Assembly (NCBI GenBank): GCA_009914755.4
Contig: CP086569.2
Span: 8,128,001-8,192,000, forward strand
From: the human T2T-CHM13v2.0 reference genome, Homo sapiens
Reading direction: 5' to 3'
DNA: 64,000 nucleotides
Positions 45,692-58,178 of the stretch are shown here, piece after piece. Each line of letters opens with the position of its first letter. Position 1 is the first letter of the stretch. The notes beneath the pieces were generated by a model. That model did not search any database. It was not told the DNA's origin and worked only from the letters and a program-made list of their open reading frames with translations. The position numbers were made by a program, and so were the translations under genes.

Positions 45692-45723
45692 CCTTAAAAT
45701 ATCCTTCAGAAAAAAAAAACCTT

Positions 45724-46140
45724 AAAAGTGTTCCTATTTCTCCATATTCTCTCCAACATCTGCTGTTTCCTGACTTTTTAATGATCGCCATTCTAACTGG
45801 CATGAGATGGTCTCTCATTGTGATTACAGGGTCATGTATGGAGCTGGAAACCATCATACTAAGCAAACTATCACAAGGACAGAAAACCAAACACTGCATG
45901 TTGTCACTCTTAAGTGGGAGTTGAACAATGAGGACACATGGACACAGGGTGAGGAACATCACACTGGTAGGGGGTTGGGGGGCTGGGGAGGGATAGCATT
46001 AGGGGAAATACCTAATGTGAATGGTGAGTTGATGGGTGCAGCAAACCAACATGGCACATGTATCCCTATGTAACAAACCTGCACATTCTGCACCTGTATG
46101 CTAGTGCTTAAAGTACAATAAAAAAATTAAAAAGAAAAAT
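45724..46140 (+). mobile_element. L1PA 3'-end fragment (sense), with an internal deletion near 45827, ending in A-rich tail
   Basis: 'aaaagtgttcctatttctccatattctctccaacatctgctgtttcctgactttttaatgatcgccattctaactggcatgagatggtctctcattgtgatt…ggagctggaaaccatcatactaagcaaactatcacaaggacagaaaaccaaacactgcatgttgtcactcttaagtgggagttgaacaatgaggacacatggacacagg…aacaaacctgcacattctgcacctgtatgc…aaagtacaataaaaaaattaaaaag' is the L1 3' UTR terminus. Confidence 0.9.
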
Positions 46141-47384
46141 AGCTCTCCAAACCCAAATACTAAATAAAAAATGAGTATCAAGTGGCCTAGAGTGTAACTT
46201 ACATGAAAACATCACAGATATGTAGCAGATAGTTTCTAAATGCCACCATAAGCCTGGTGGTCTGCAAGAAGCTTAGAAAAACATGGTCTTTGCTTTTCTG
46301 AGTGTGCAGTTGTTACAGGCACATAGATAAATGAGGAATAATAAGTGTGAGAACTGTTGTAATAGGCAAATACAGGAAATATAACTGGAAATATGGGCAA
46401 TGATTTTGACAAAACATTAATAAACAATGAAATGTAAAAAAAAAGACATGATTTTAATAAGCATTTCCTTCTTCATCCCTCCAGAAGAAAACTCATGCCT
46501 CTGCTTCATTGGCTGACATGCTCCTAAGTAGATGTAACAACTCTGATTTGTATTACTCAATCATATTTTCCTCATTTATGAAACACCAGTTCACAGATCC
46601 TTTTGAAGATCAAATGAGAATATTTACTGTTACTGTATTAACTGTCAAGTGCTACACAACTGTTATTGTCTCATGGTGGATTTATACTGTGTATATCACA
46701 TGGTTAGCATAGCATTCTCATAAAGGAAATCTTGAAATGTGTCTGCTGCTCAGTTTTTATTTTTCAAATGTTTCAGTCATTATTATTTATCATATGATTT
46801 CTAGGGGCTTTTGAATTTTAAAGAGAATATATATAAACAGAAAAGAGAAGGACAATGAAATTGTGAGACAACAGTCATAATTTCATTGACTAATTCAATT
46901 GCTTATAAAGTGAGATTAGATTATATTTCTCCTAAAAGATCCTCAGAGAAATTCTAAAATGATGCACCCGCTGTTTGAATGACCATAAACTTGTTGCTTA
47001 AGTTAGAGTTAACTATTTTAAAAGCCTGTAGATACAGTAACAGTTTCATGTATTAAAACAGGGAATACAGGATTTTTAGTACTACTTGCCCTCACCAGAA
47101 AACATCATAACTTTTAAACAGTTCTTTATGTCAAATTAAATTTTTCATTTTTCTACCAAATGTTTTGGATGATGTATGTATTTTTAAATGTATTTTCACC
47201 CTTATTGTACTTCTGTGATAAGCTGAAGACTTAAATTCACATCATAATTATCTTTCAGTCTTATTTGTCTGTTCCAAGTGGTTCACAGAAATAAAGAATT
47301 CCATGTATGCTTGTATCTTTCAGCAACCTTATTTCAGATAACCGTGCCCTTTACTGCATAAATGACATGTACAGGTCCAAAGGC

Positions 47385-47515
47385 AGCAGCGGGAGGAGGA
47401 GGAGGAGTAGGAGGAGGAGAAGAAGAAGGAGAAGGAGAAGGAGAAGGAGAAGGAGAAGGAGAAGGAGAAGGAGAAGGAGAAGAACTGGAAAAGGAAGAGG
47501 AAGAAGAGAAGTTTC
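47385..47515. repeat. Purine-only microsatellite (GGA)n then (GAAGGA)n, ~130 bp
   Basis: 'gcagcagcgggaggaggaggaggagtaggaggaggagaagaagaaggagaaggagaaggagaagga…gaaggagaagaactggaaaaggaagaggaagaagagaag'. Track ORFs 47307-47555 (poly-Arg), 47329-47517, 47351-47536 (poly-Leu) and 47362-47607 (poly-Gly/Glu) are artefacts of it. Confidence 0.95.
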
Positions 47516-49417
47516 ATATCTATACATTTGTAACACTATATCAGAAACTCAGTAGTAATAGTGAAATAAAAAAATTCATAGTCAATTTCATCTCATACCT
47601 AGACTGAAATATGAATCTTGAAAAGGAAGTTAAGAACTTTGGGCTTGTCAAAATTTTCCTATATGATAAAATTATTGGAGACTTTCTCTCACTAGAAAAC
47701 AAACAAAAATCAATGTTTTGTATATGTGTAAATAAAAATATTTTTATTTCTCTCAGTTATGACATGCAAGCAAGTAATAAAGTGAAAGAACAATAATAAA
47801 ATGATATAAGGAAATTTATCTGTATCAAAAAATTTCATTGAGGCTATTAATTTTACAAAAACCATAGAGAATGCTTCATGAAACTACATTATATAGTACT
47901 TTTTAGTATTTTACTTACATTTTAAATCATCAACAAATTAAAGGAAGTTCTTAATAATTATTTATTACCAATAACATGATTCTACTCAAGCAATCCTTTT
48001 GAGATTAAGTATTTTAAATAAAACTTTAAAAACAAATGGTACCGACTGATATCAGCTTTCAATGAAATAATACTTCTGTATTTGTAGTAATGTGAAGTAT
48101 AACTTTCTCCTCACAGTGGATCTTTTATAACATCAGTATTAGTGTTTTCTCTGATATAAACACTGTGATACTCACAGCTTTCCTGTATCCATACATTACA
48201 TGTCTTCGGAGAGTAGGCTTCAAACAGATGGGAAAATTATATTTGTGAAAAAATTCTCGAGAAAGGAATGGTAAAATGGGAGAATAATTTCCAAATTTCT
48301 AACTGTTCATCAATGCATTTGGCTATATTTAGATATAGACAAATATTTTCACACTGCAAGTTTGTGCATGGGTATATAAATGTGTATGTGATACCCATAA
48401 TGTGTGTGTTGTGTAATCTTTTAATTAATCCTCCCTTTTACATGTGGGAAATTTGGTAAGGACTTATCAAGTCCTCAATTTGAAGTGCTATACTCAATTT
48501 GATGTAAAGCCAACAAAATCTCTATCAATATTTCTTTCAGTTAATCCAATAATGTGAACTGCTGATAGCTTCATTCTCTTTGTCTCCTGTTGGCAGCTGA
48601 AAGTTGATTCTCACTCTATTTCAGTGCTCAGGGTGCCATCCACAAGAAACTATCCCCTTGCTGTGGATTGTGACCTCTGACTCCACCACTTTCATCCTAT
48701 AAGAGTCCTATATTTGCATATTTAATGAACTTTGTGCATGGTTAAAAAAATAAAAGTGCAATGAAATGTCAGGCCATGCTGTGAAATGTTCCATTTTTTC
48801 TGTATCTCAAATTCACCTTTCATGTTATAGAGGACAAGAAAAACAATTAAATATGTTTCTTAGTATCCAGTCCAATGCGCCCCTTCTTATTAATATGCCA
48901 AACCACTCCCTTCAAAGCAAGGACCTCTAAACACAGCTAGATGTATCAAAATCTCTTCTAATTAATAGCCATTATGTTAATCACTGCTGTCCAGATCTTG
49001 ACTCTGAAATCCTCAGGTGGAAATTGCTATAATGGTTCAAATTACAGGAATGACTATGTTTCGGCATAATTACTGCTATCATCTTACTGAAAAATATAAC
49101 ATTAGATGGCAACTTTTAGTTAAATAAATCCTATTGATTAATTTTTAATGTTCAGCATTTATGATATTGCACAAGTTTTGATAACTTAAATGGTTAGCTG
49201 AGCAATAACTAAAATAACTCACAGCAATTCAAACATTCATTTACTTACTAGAAGTGCCATACATCATTAACTTCTGATGAAAACAAAGTTGGGAAATTGC
49301 AACTGGCTACTGAAATATGTATTTCAGGGTATTTTATAAAACTATCTGTGCCATGTATGATGCCTTACCTGCAAGATAAACCTGTAACATATATAAAAAT
49401 AAATGTCTTTGGTTCTT

Positions 49418-49689
49418 TTTTTTTTTTTTTTTTTTTTTTTGAGACGGAGTCTCGCTGTCGCCCACGCTGGAGTGCAGTGGCGCAATCTCGGCTCACTGCA
49501 GCCTCCGCCCCCTGGGGTTCACGCCATTCTCCTGCCTCAGCCTCCCGAGTAGCTGGGACTACAGGCGCCCGCCACCTCGCCCGGCTAATTTTTTGTATTT
49601 TTAGTAGAGACGGGGTTTCACCGTGTTAGCCAGGATGGTCTCGATCTCCTGACCTCGTGATCCGCCCGCCTCGGCCTCCCAAAGTGCTG
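49418..49689 (-). mobile_element. AluY-like (antisense), ~22 bp 5'-truncated, young, with perfect 16-bp target-site duplication (49402-49417 and 49690-49705, 'aatgtctttggttctt')
   Basis: T23 run, then 'gagacggagtctcgctgtcgcccacgctggagtgcagtggcgcaatctcggctcactgcagcctccgccccctggggttcacgccattctcctgcctcagcctcccgagtagctgggactacaggcgcccgccacctcgcccggctaatttttt…ctcgtgatccgcccgcctcggcctcccaaagtgctg'. Numerous intact CpGs and near-consensus sequence. The identical 16-mer flanks both ends. Confidence 0.92.
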
Positions 49690-49959
49690 AATGTCTTTGG
49701 TTCTTAATATCTCTCTACATTTGTCTTCATAACCTCAAGACAAAAACACCCATGTACTCGACTTTCAGCTGAGTTGACTACCAGTTATTAGAGTTTAAGT
49801 AAACAGAATAAAGATTTCAAAATTTGGTGATCAAATATGGGAAATCACACTCTCACCATAAGAAATAATTATTCTCAAGTGCCACTGCACATGCAAAATT
49901 GAAAGAAGAAACTAAGTCTAATATATTGCAATATTCTCAAATTTAAAATTTCCTCTTGG

Positions 49960-50262
49960 AGTTCTGGTGGTTCATGCCTGAAATTGCAGATCTTTGGGAG
50001 GCTGAGAAGGGAGGATTGTTTCAAGCCCAAAGTTTGAGACCAGCACAGGCAACATAGCAAGACCTATCTCTACAAATGTAACTAACTGATTAATTAAATA
50101 CATTGGACATGATGGCACACATCTGTTGTTCTATTTATTTAGGAGTGGAAGGTTGTAGTGAACTGTGATCGCACACTGCACTTCAGCCTGAGCCATGGGG
50201 CAAGACTTTGTCTCTACAAAATATTTCAATACAATAAAACAAAATAAATTAAAATAAAAACA
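49960..50262 (+). mobile_element. Old diverged Alu (AluJ-like), sense
   Basis: 'ggagttctggtggttcatgcctgaaattgcagatctttgggaggctgagaagggaggattgtttcaagcccaaagtttgagaccagcacaggcaacatagcaagacctatctctacaaa…ggacatgatggcacacatctgttgttc…cactgcacttcagcctgagccatggggcaagactttgtctctacaaaa' plus an A-rich tail. Confidence 0.75.
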
Positions 50263-51599
50263 CTTTCAGATGTTTTTTGGAAGTTCATATAATTGCTCCA
50301 AAAGAATACACAGTTTAAAGCTGATCAGTTCATGGGGAATGGGCATTGAACATTGTTTATATTGTTTTCCAAAAATTATGATAAATATGTTAGAATATTA
50401 TATATAAATATCTAACAACATTTTGTAAAATAAGTATTGATAAATGTCAAGCCATTGTGCTTATAGACTTTTCCTTCAAAATATTCATAGTTTAATTGGA
50501 GAATGAAGAGGAAAGTAATAATTGCAATGTACTCTGACAAGTGTTACAATATATACAATTTCGTAACTTAGTTGGAGAGGAAGGAAGTTCTTAACTGGGT
50601 TTGCAGGGATGTGGGCAACCTTCTTAGGGCAGGAACAATTGACTGCATCTGTAAGTATACCAATTTGCAAGAAGAATGGGAGAATAACATTGTATAAAAA
50701 AAGAAACATTCTTTCTATCAATGATAAAAGTACTAACAGTGCATATGATGCCATCTGCCCAATTCTTACATCATACTAGCTCCATAAATATTTCTTGAAA
50801 GAATCCATGAATGGAAAATATTGGGAAAAGGATTCATGAGGGGATTTTCAAAATCCTATAAAGGAAAGGTAAGTACACTGTACTTCACAATTTTGTCTGC
50901 TCTTCTTTACATTCTTGTTGTTTACTACCTCATAAGCTCTGTTTTACTTTTTGGTTTTTTCACAAATATCATGCATAAATTGTTCCTGAGACTACTTTCT
51001 CTTTATCCCTTGATACTATGTTTGTCTCTGTTACTCCTTTATGTGAGGTCCTGGGTTTGTATGCCCACAGCTACATCTTTTACCTCTCCCTATCACTGTT
51101 CTGTAAAAGAGAGGCCTGGCCCCTCGGAGGCATGGTTCCTAGGCTCCCGTAAAAATTACTTCCTGTTTCAGTTCAGCCAAGGGGTGACAATGCAGAGATT
51201 AGATAACAAGAAGATGAGAGAAGCCAGTTTGTTTCCCTTTCCTTCTCAGTAGGGGATATGTTTCTGCAGTGATTCTATGGCCTGCAGGACATGCTCCATG
51301 TGCTTCCATTTTCCATGTAGTGACCCTAATCCTAAATTGGCTCTTCTAATGCCATTTTATCCAGTTGTCTTCTCTAAAGGATTTGGGTACTATTTTTGGA
51401 GTTTTAAATTAAAAAAAAAATTGATATGGAAGGAGGGCAGGGAAATGGCTGTTAGAGAATGGTGTGGTTCTTGGCTATGGGTCCACCCTCAGGCCTGTGC
51501 TCACTGAACTAGATGAGTACATGCACTACTGTTTTCTTGCCCAAATTCTTGAGGACTTGTGCTTCTGTTTTTTTTTGCCAAAGTGTTGCATTTTCTAAG

Positions 51600-52045
51600 A
51601 CCACCCTGGCCTGCCATACCCCCATCCTGTGCTATAAGAAACCCCGAGACCCTAGCTGGCAGAAACACAGCAGCTAGGCGTCGAGAGGAACCATCAGCAG
51701 AGGAAGGCACAGCAACTGGACCTTGAAAGGATACCAGAGAAAGGAGAACACAAGGACTGGCAGCAGACCATCCACCAAAGAAGAACAGGGAGTTCCACGG
51801 GGCTGTTGAGGGGGAGCGCTGAGCTGCCCCATTCTAAGGGAAAACGACCTTCCCACTCCATCTTCCTTCTGGCTCCCCATTCACCTGCTGAGAACTTCCA
51901 CTCAGTGAAACCTTGCACTTATTCTCCAAGCCCACATGTGAGCCAATTCTTCAGGTACACCAAAGCAGGAAACCCCAGGATCCAGAAAGCCCACTGTCTT
52001 TGCAGTAAGGCAGGGTGTCTAATAGAGCTAACACAAGCCACCTAC
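51600..52045 (+). mobile_element. LTR-like fragment (MaLR/ERV-type, 3' part) immediately upstream of the macrosatellite
   Basis: A TATA-like 'ctgtgctataagaaaccccgagaccctagc' is followed by 'ccacatgtgagccaattc…cactgtctttgcagtaaggcagggtgtctaatagagctaacacaag'. This resembles the 3' terminus of THE1/MST-type LTRs ('…catgtggaactgtgagtc…gtctttattagcagtgtgagaacggactaatacag'). From memory only. Confidence 0.35.
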
Positions 52046-52354
52046 AGATGGAGAAACTAAATTATCACTGTGTAACATATGCCCACTGGGTATTCAGGAA
52101 CTATAAACATTCACCCTTAGATGCTGCCTGGGGTCAAACCCCTACAACCTGTCCTCATTGCTCACCCAGAGGTGGAGGATAAGGGATGTTTTCCCATTTC
52201 AATGAGTCTGTTTCCAATGCAGTGTGCTTTCTGCAATACTGCAGTGTTATCTCATTGCATATATTTGACAAAATAAGTTACAAACTATAACTAAAGTGAG
52301 AAGAAAATAAATGGTGGATAATAAGGAAGTAATATGAAACATTGTGTTTCACAA

Positions 52355-55300
52355 TGAAGTCCCCATGGGACCCGATTCTTGCACCCAGCCTCTTTTGGGA
52401 AAGAAGTCAGAAGAGCAGTTTCCAGAGACCATGTTACAGTCTCAGATACCTCCTTCTCCACCAGGACCCCACTACCAAGATGACTGGAAGTAGCAATAAG
52501 GTCAAGACTTTTAGGGTCCTGCAGTAGGTTATCACAGGCAGCCTTTTTCCCAATACCAGGCCGGCTTTGACTGTACCATTTTCCTCTGCTTTGGCAGGCT
52601 GACAGCTCAGACAGCCAAGTGCCAGAGTCTGCCTCACAAATGTGCATGCGCTATTTTCAAAGCACCAGGCCTAAACAGTGAGCTATGACTGGTGTCACAT
52701 TGAATGCCATTGTTGCCCAGAGACAAGTCACGGTGGCTTGGAGGAGAATTAGACCTCCATGGAGATGCATCAATGGTGGACTCTCACCTGTCTTCTCTGT
52801 GGGATCCAAGGGCAGTCCCATGATTCTAGGAGAGGGTAGACATGAGACAGTCTGAAGAAACATCAAGCAGAGTCCCAGGAATGAACCACAAAATCCTTAA
52901 GGATCCAAAAGAATCTGCAGGATTCCTCAGGTCTGCTTAGATGTTGTACAGTTGACTTTTTTTTAAACTTGTCCAATGGCGATTACTAGATACAGCCCGC
53001 CCGTGTTACCTGGCATTGCTCTCTCCCAGTTGGGTCTTCCTGCAGAAACACAGCTGAAGGAAGAACCTCATAAGCTGCAGGGCTGTGTGTTTCTGTATGA
53101 GTGTTGTGAGTGTTTGATGTCTGCTTTGCGTGTGTGGCTTAATGTATTTGTGGGTGTGTGTGTGGGAGTGTGTGCCTGTAAGTGGAGTCTGATTAAAGTA
53201 ATGTGGCTATCCCATTGCAGTGCTTCTTTTTTTGAAGTAACCCAACATTCTGGTGGCCTGTGGGTAGCTCTGCTTGGGCTGCAGAATTCCATGTTCTTTA
53301 TTTTTCTGTGGATCTTGAATTCATAATGAGTTGCGAGTCTGGCTAAGACCCGCCAGGGTCAAAATCACCTTCCCGTAAAAAACAAACAAACAAACAAACA
53401 AACAAACAAACAAACAGCTATTCTTCTAGAAAGAAGAGGAGGACATCATACCCAAGAACTAACATCTCCTTGTGTTTCATTGTCCCGCAGCCAACCCAGG
53501 GAGAGACACCAGCAGTCTTGTCCGCAGGACCCCTTGAATTTACCTCAAATTTGGTTCCCAGCTGAGCCAGTGCTTAAAGTCATCAGAGAACACTCCTCCA
53601 CTGTGTTGAGATTTCATTGTGGGTCAGAGAGTGTGAGCAGCAATAAGGTCAGATGGGGTGAGGATACAATCTGGTGAGGGGTGGATGGGGTCCTACACCT
53701 TCATTTGCAAAAAAGGTGAAGACAAATGACACAGAAGGTGCTTCCAACTGCATCCCTGCATCCTCTTAATTGCACCAGCGGTCTACACCATGGCTGTGTA
53801 TTCATCTGGGAGTACTCCAATGTGCATGGAACATTTGGAATGCAAACGGGCCATCCTGGCAAATTCCCAATTTGAGGGCTTTCATTCCCATAGCCAAATG
53901 GGAATGGCATGGATTAATGCTGAATAGAATGTGTTCTCCATGATTGGCTATTCTTTTCCTGACTTCCATGCTCCTTGTCTGCCTAGGATTTCCTGGATCT
54001 GGCTAAATGTCTTACACACTAACTGTTTCCCAGTTCACGGAAGATGACCATCATGGGAATCCATTGCTTGAGTGTGTCCTTCTAAACACTGTCATCTTTT
54101 AATGACTGGGCTTCTTGACACCTTTAACATTTTAATGTGTATTTCTGTTATTGTAAATTTCTGTTACAGACATGAGAAAGAAAACCCTTGTTCTCCCAGT
54201 TCCATCAGATGTCTGCATGATTCCTGTAGGGTGAGAAGCAGGTAGGCATGTCTGGATTTTTTCCTGGTAATCTAGGCTGCATTTCATTGCATCTGCACAT
54301 CCTTTCTCTTTGTGGAGGGAGTATTTCATTGAGCTGTTTCTGGATGTGACTGCCTTTCACCAAAGATCTCTTGGCTGCCAGGGATTTCAGGGGGCAAAGA
54401 GAAGTCGGGTAGGCTGGCTGCACTTCAGGGTGTTGGTCATGGTCTCTTTGTTGGGGCTGAGGTTATTTACACTTTGCAGGAGGCTTTTGGATCATCTGAC
54501 TAGAATGTTTGAATGTCATTTGGACTTCAGCACAAGTCAGCTCATTCTCTCAGGTGAGATTTGATTTTTCTTTCTTTCATAGTGGGTCCACAGTGACTTT
54601 CAACAACACTACTGGACATAATTTTCAGGCTTGCAATCACAACAGATGGCCTCTGACACAGTGTCTTAACCAAATCTGCATCTGTGAGCCCCCAGTTTGA
54701 GGTGTGAGAGCACAGCTCCACCTTGGATTTGCCTTCTTCATGGTCTCTGCCTTTCCCAGACAGTTCTTGTGGGGTCCAGGTTCAAGGGAGGAAGTGAGGT
54801 AAAGGACACAGCCTTCTTTCACTGACACCCACCTCTGGGGTCTCAGGTATGATTCTACCCATCAAAAATCCCTCAAAAACTCACTGGACTATATTCCAAA
54901 CCCAAAGGACCTGATTCTTGCACACAGCCTCTTTCAGGAATGGCGTCAGAAGAGCAGTTTCCAGGGACCCTCTTACTGTCTCAAAACTGCTTCTCCAGCA
55001 GTACTAAAACGGCCCAACAGATCCGTAAGGTTGAGACTTACAGGGTCCCACAGAGTGTTATTGCAGGCAGCCTTTCTCCCGATACCAGGCCGGCTCCGCC
55101 TGTACCATTTTCCTCTGCTTAGGAAGGCTCACGTATCTGAGAGTTGGGCATCCACCCCTGCCTCTCAAATGCCTGCGCACTATTCTCCTGACACCAGGTC
55201 TGAGATGTGAGCTCTGTGTGGCGTCATAATAAATGACACCATTGCCTAGTGAAAAGTCATTGCAGTTTGGTGCAGAAGGATAGCTCCGTGGAGGTGTGTC

Positions 55301-58147
55301 GGGGGTGGATTGTCACCTCTTTTCTTTGTGGGATGCATGGGATAGTCCCATGATCCTAGGAGAGGGCAGACATGTGCCAGCCTGAAGAATCATCAAGCAA
55401 TGTCCTAGCAATAAACAGTGAAATTCCTAAGGATCCAAAAGAATCAGAAGGATGGCTCAGGCCTGCCTACATGTTACAGTGGTGAGTTCTTTAGAAACTT
55501 GCCCCACTGTGATTTCTAGGTACAACCCGCCTGTGTTCCTGGGGTTGCTCTCTCCATAGTGGGGATTTCTGCTGAACCATGCAGCCTCAGAAGCTGCTGG
55601 GCTGTGTGTTTTTGTGGGAGTGTTGCTAGTGTTGGATGTCTGCCTTTTTGTGTGGTTTTGTGTGCTTGTGTGGTGTGTGTGTGCGTGTGTGCGTGTGTTC
55701 CTGTAAGTGGAGTCTGCTTACATAAATGTGGCTAATGCACTGAAGACCTTATTTAGGTTGAGTCCCCCAAGCATTTGGTGGCCTGTGTGGCTCTGCCTGG
55801 GCTGTGAGACTCTGTGTTCTTTATTTTCCTATGGATAAAGAATCTGCAGTGATTTGAGAGGCTGGCTGTGACCTGTCCAGGTGCAAATCACCTACCCCTG
55901 AAATAAAAGCCACTCTTCTTCAAAGAAGAGGATCACACATTACCCAAGAATGGACATCTCCCAGTGTTTCACTGTCCTGTGGCCAAGCCCAAGAGAGACA
56001 CTAGCAGTCCTACATGCAGGGCCTTTTGAAATTACCTCAAATTTAGTTAGCTGCTGAGTAGGTGCTTCCTGTCATGAGGCAGCACTCCTCAACAATTTGA
56101 GTGTTGTTGAAAGTCACTGTGGACCGACTATGAAAGAAAGAAAAAATGAATAAGGTCAGAGAGGCATGAGGATGCAGTCTGGTTAGGATTGGATGGGGTC
56201 CTGCACCTTCACCTGCAAAAAAAAGGTGAAGCATGCTGACACAGAAGTTTCTTCCAGCTGAATTCCCACATTCCTTTAGTTGCACAAGCAGTCCACACCA
56301 TGGCCCGGTGTTCAGGAGGGAGTACTCCAACGTACAAAAAACATTTGGAGTGCAAATTGGGGCCATCTCGGCAAACTCCCAATTTGAGGGCTTTTATACC
56401 CAGAGCCAAATGGGAGTGGTATGGATTGATGCTGGGTGGGATGTGGCCTCCGGACTTGCATCTTCTTATCCTGACTTCCATATTCCTCGTCTGCCTCGTG
56501 TATCCTGGGTCCGGCTCACTGTCTTCCACACTACACATTTCTCAGTTCACCGACAATGACCCTCATGAAAATCCATTGCATGAGTGTTTCCTTCTAAACA
56601 CTGTCATGTTTTAAAAACTGGACATTTTCAATAGTTTTAAAATCATAAATTCCTGTTACAGTGCCAGCAAGGAAACTCTTGTTCTCCCACTTATATTGGC
56701 GGGCTGCATGATTCTGGTAGGATGAGAAGCAGGCAGGCATGTCTAGCTTTTTCCTGGAAATCTAGCCTCAGTTTTATTTCAACTACATGGACCTCTCATT
56801 GTGGAGGGGCTCTTTTGTTGGGCTGTTGCTTGATGGAACTGTCTCTTGCCACAGATTGTTTAGCTGCCAGGGATTTCAGAGAGCAAAAGGAACTTCAGGT
56901 AGGCTGGCTACCTTCCAGGTTGTGGGTCATGGTCTCATTTTGGGGGCTTAGGTTCTTTGCACTTTGCAGGAGACTTTTGGGTCCTCTGACAGGAATCATT
57001 GAGCATTGCATGGACTCCAGCACAAGGCAGCTCATTCTCTCAGGCGAGCCTTGATTTTTCTTTGCTTTCATGGGGAATCCACAGTGCCCTACATCAGCAC
57101 TAATGGACATCCCTTTTAGGCTTGCCATAGCCACAGATGGTCATTGAGACATTGTCTCAACCTCATCTGCACCCAGGAAGGGCCAGTCTGAGGTGTAAGA
57201 ACACACTCCACCTTGGACATGCCTTTGTAGTGGTTCCTGCCTTTCCCAAAAAGCCCCTGCAAGGCCCAGGATGAAGGGAGGCAGTGAGGTCCAAAGCCCA
57301 GTCATCTTTCACTGACACCCACCTCTGGGGTCTCAGTATGATTCTATTACCCAAAGCGCCCTCAACCACACACCAGACTATATACAAATTGTCATGAGAC
57401 CAGATTCTGCCTCATAGCCTCTCTCATAATGGAGTCAGAAGAGCAGTTTCTAGTGATCACCTCAGAGTCTCTAAATGCCTCCTCCTCCTGCAAGACTCGA
57501 ACACGCAGGTGGCCTGAAATGGCTCTGAGGCTGTGACTTTTAGGGTCCCACTGTGGGTTTCACAGGCAGCCTTTTTCCCAATACCAGGCCGGCTCTACCT
57601 GTACTGTTTTTCTCTGCTTAGGCAGGCTGACTTTCTTACAGCAGAGTGGCTGAGCCTGCCTCACAAATGCACATGTGCTAGTCTCAGGGCACCTGGCCTG
57701 ATTGTGAGTGCTGGCTAGTGTCACAGTGAATGTCACCATTGGCTAGCGACAAGTCCCTGAAGCTTGGCAGAGTAGGAAACCTCCATGGAGGTTCATCAGC
57801 TGTGGACTCTCACCTGTTTTCTCTGTGGGATCCATGGGTTAGTCCCATGATTCTAGGACAGGGCAAACATGAGTCAGCCTCAGAAAACATCAGAACCTCA
57901 GGAATAAACCATGATATTCTTAAGGTTCCAAAAAAGTCTGCTGGATTATTCAGGCCTGCCTAGATATTTTAGGGGTGAGTCTTTTGGAAATTGCCCCACT
58001 GTGATTTCTAGGTACAGCCTGCCTGTGTTCCCTGGGGTTGCTTTCTATGAAATGGGGCTTCCTGCAGAAACACGTGGACTCAGGTGCTGATGGGCTGTGT
58101 GTTTCTATGGGATTCTTGCAAGTGTTGGATATCTCCCTGTGTGTGGT

Positions 58148-58178
<31 letters not shown>

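Noticed and set aside
45504-45962. 152-aa minus-strand ORF
   Set aside because: It spans the junction between the GC-rich DNA and the L1 3'-UTR fragment (45724+), reading L1 non-coding sequence in antisense. It is an artefact.
47307-47607. ORFs encoding poly-Arg, poly-Leu and poly-Gly/Glu
   Set aside because: Artefacts of the (GGA)n/(GAAGGA)n microsatellite read in three frames on both strands.
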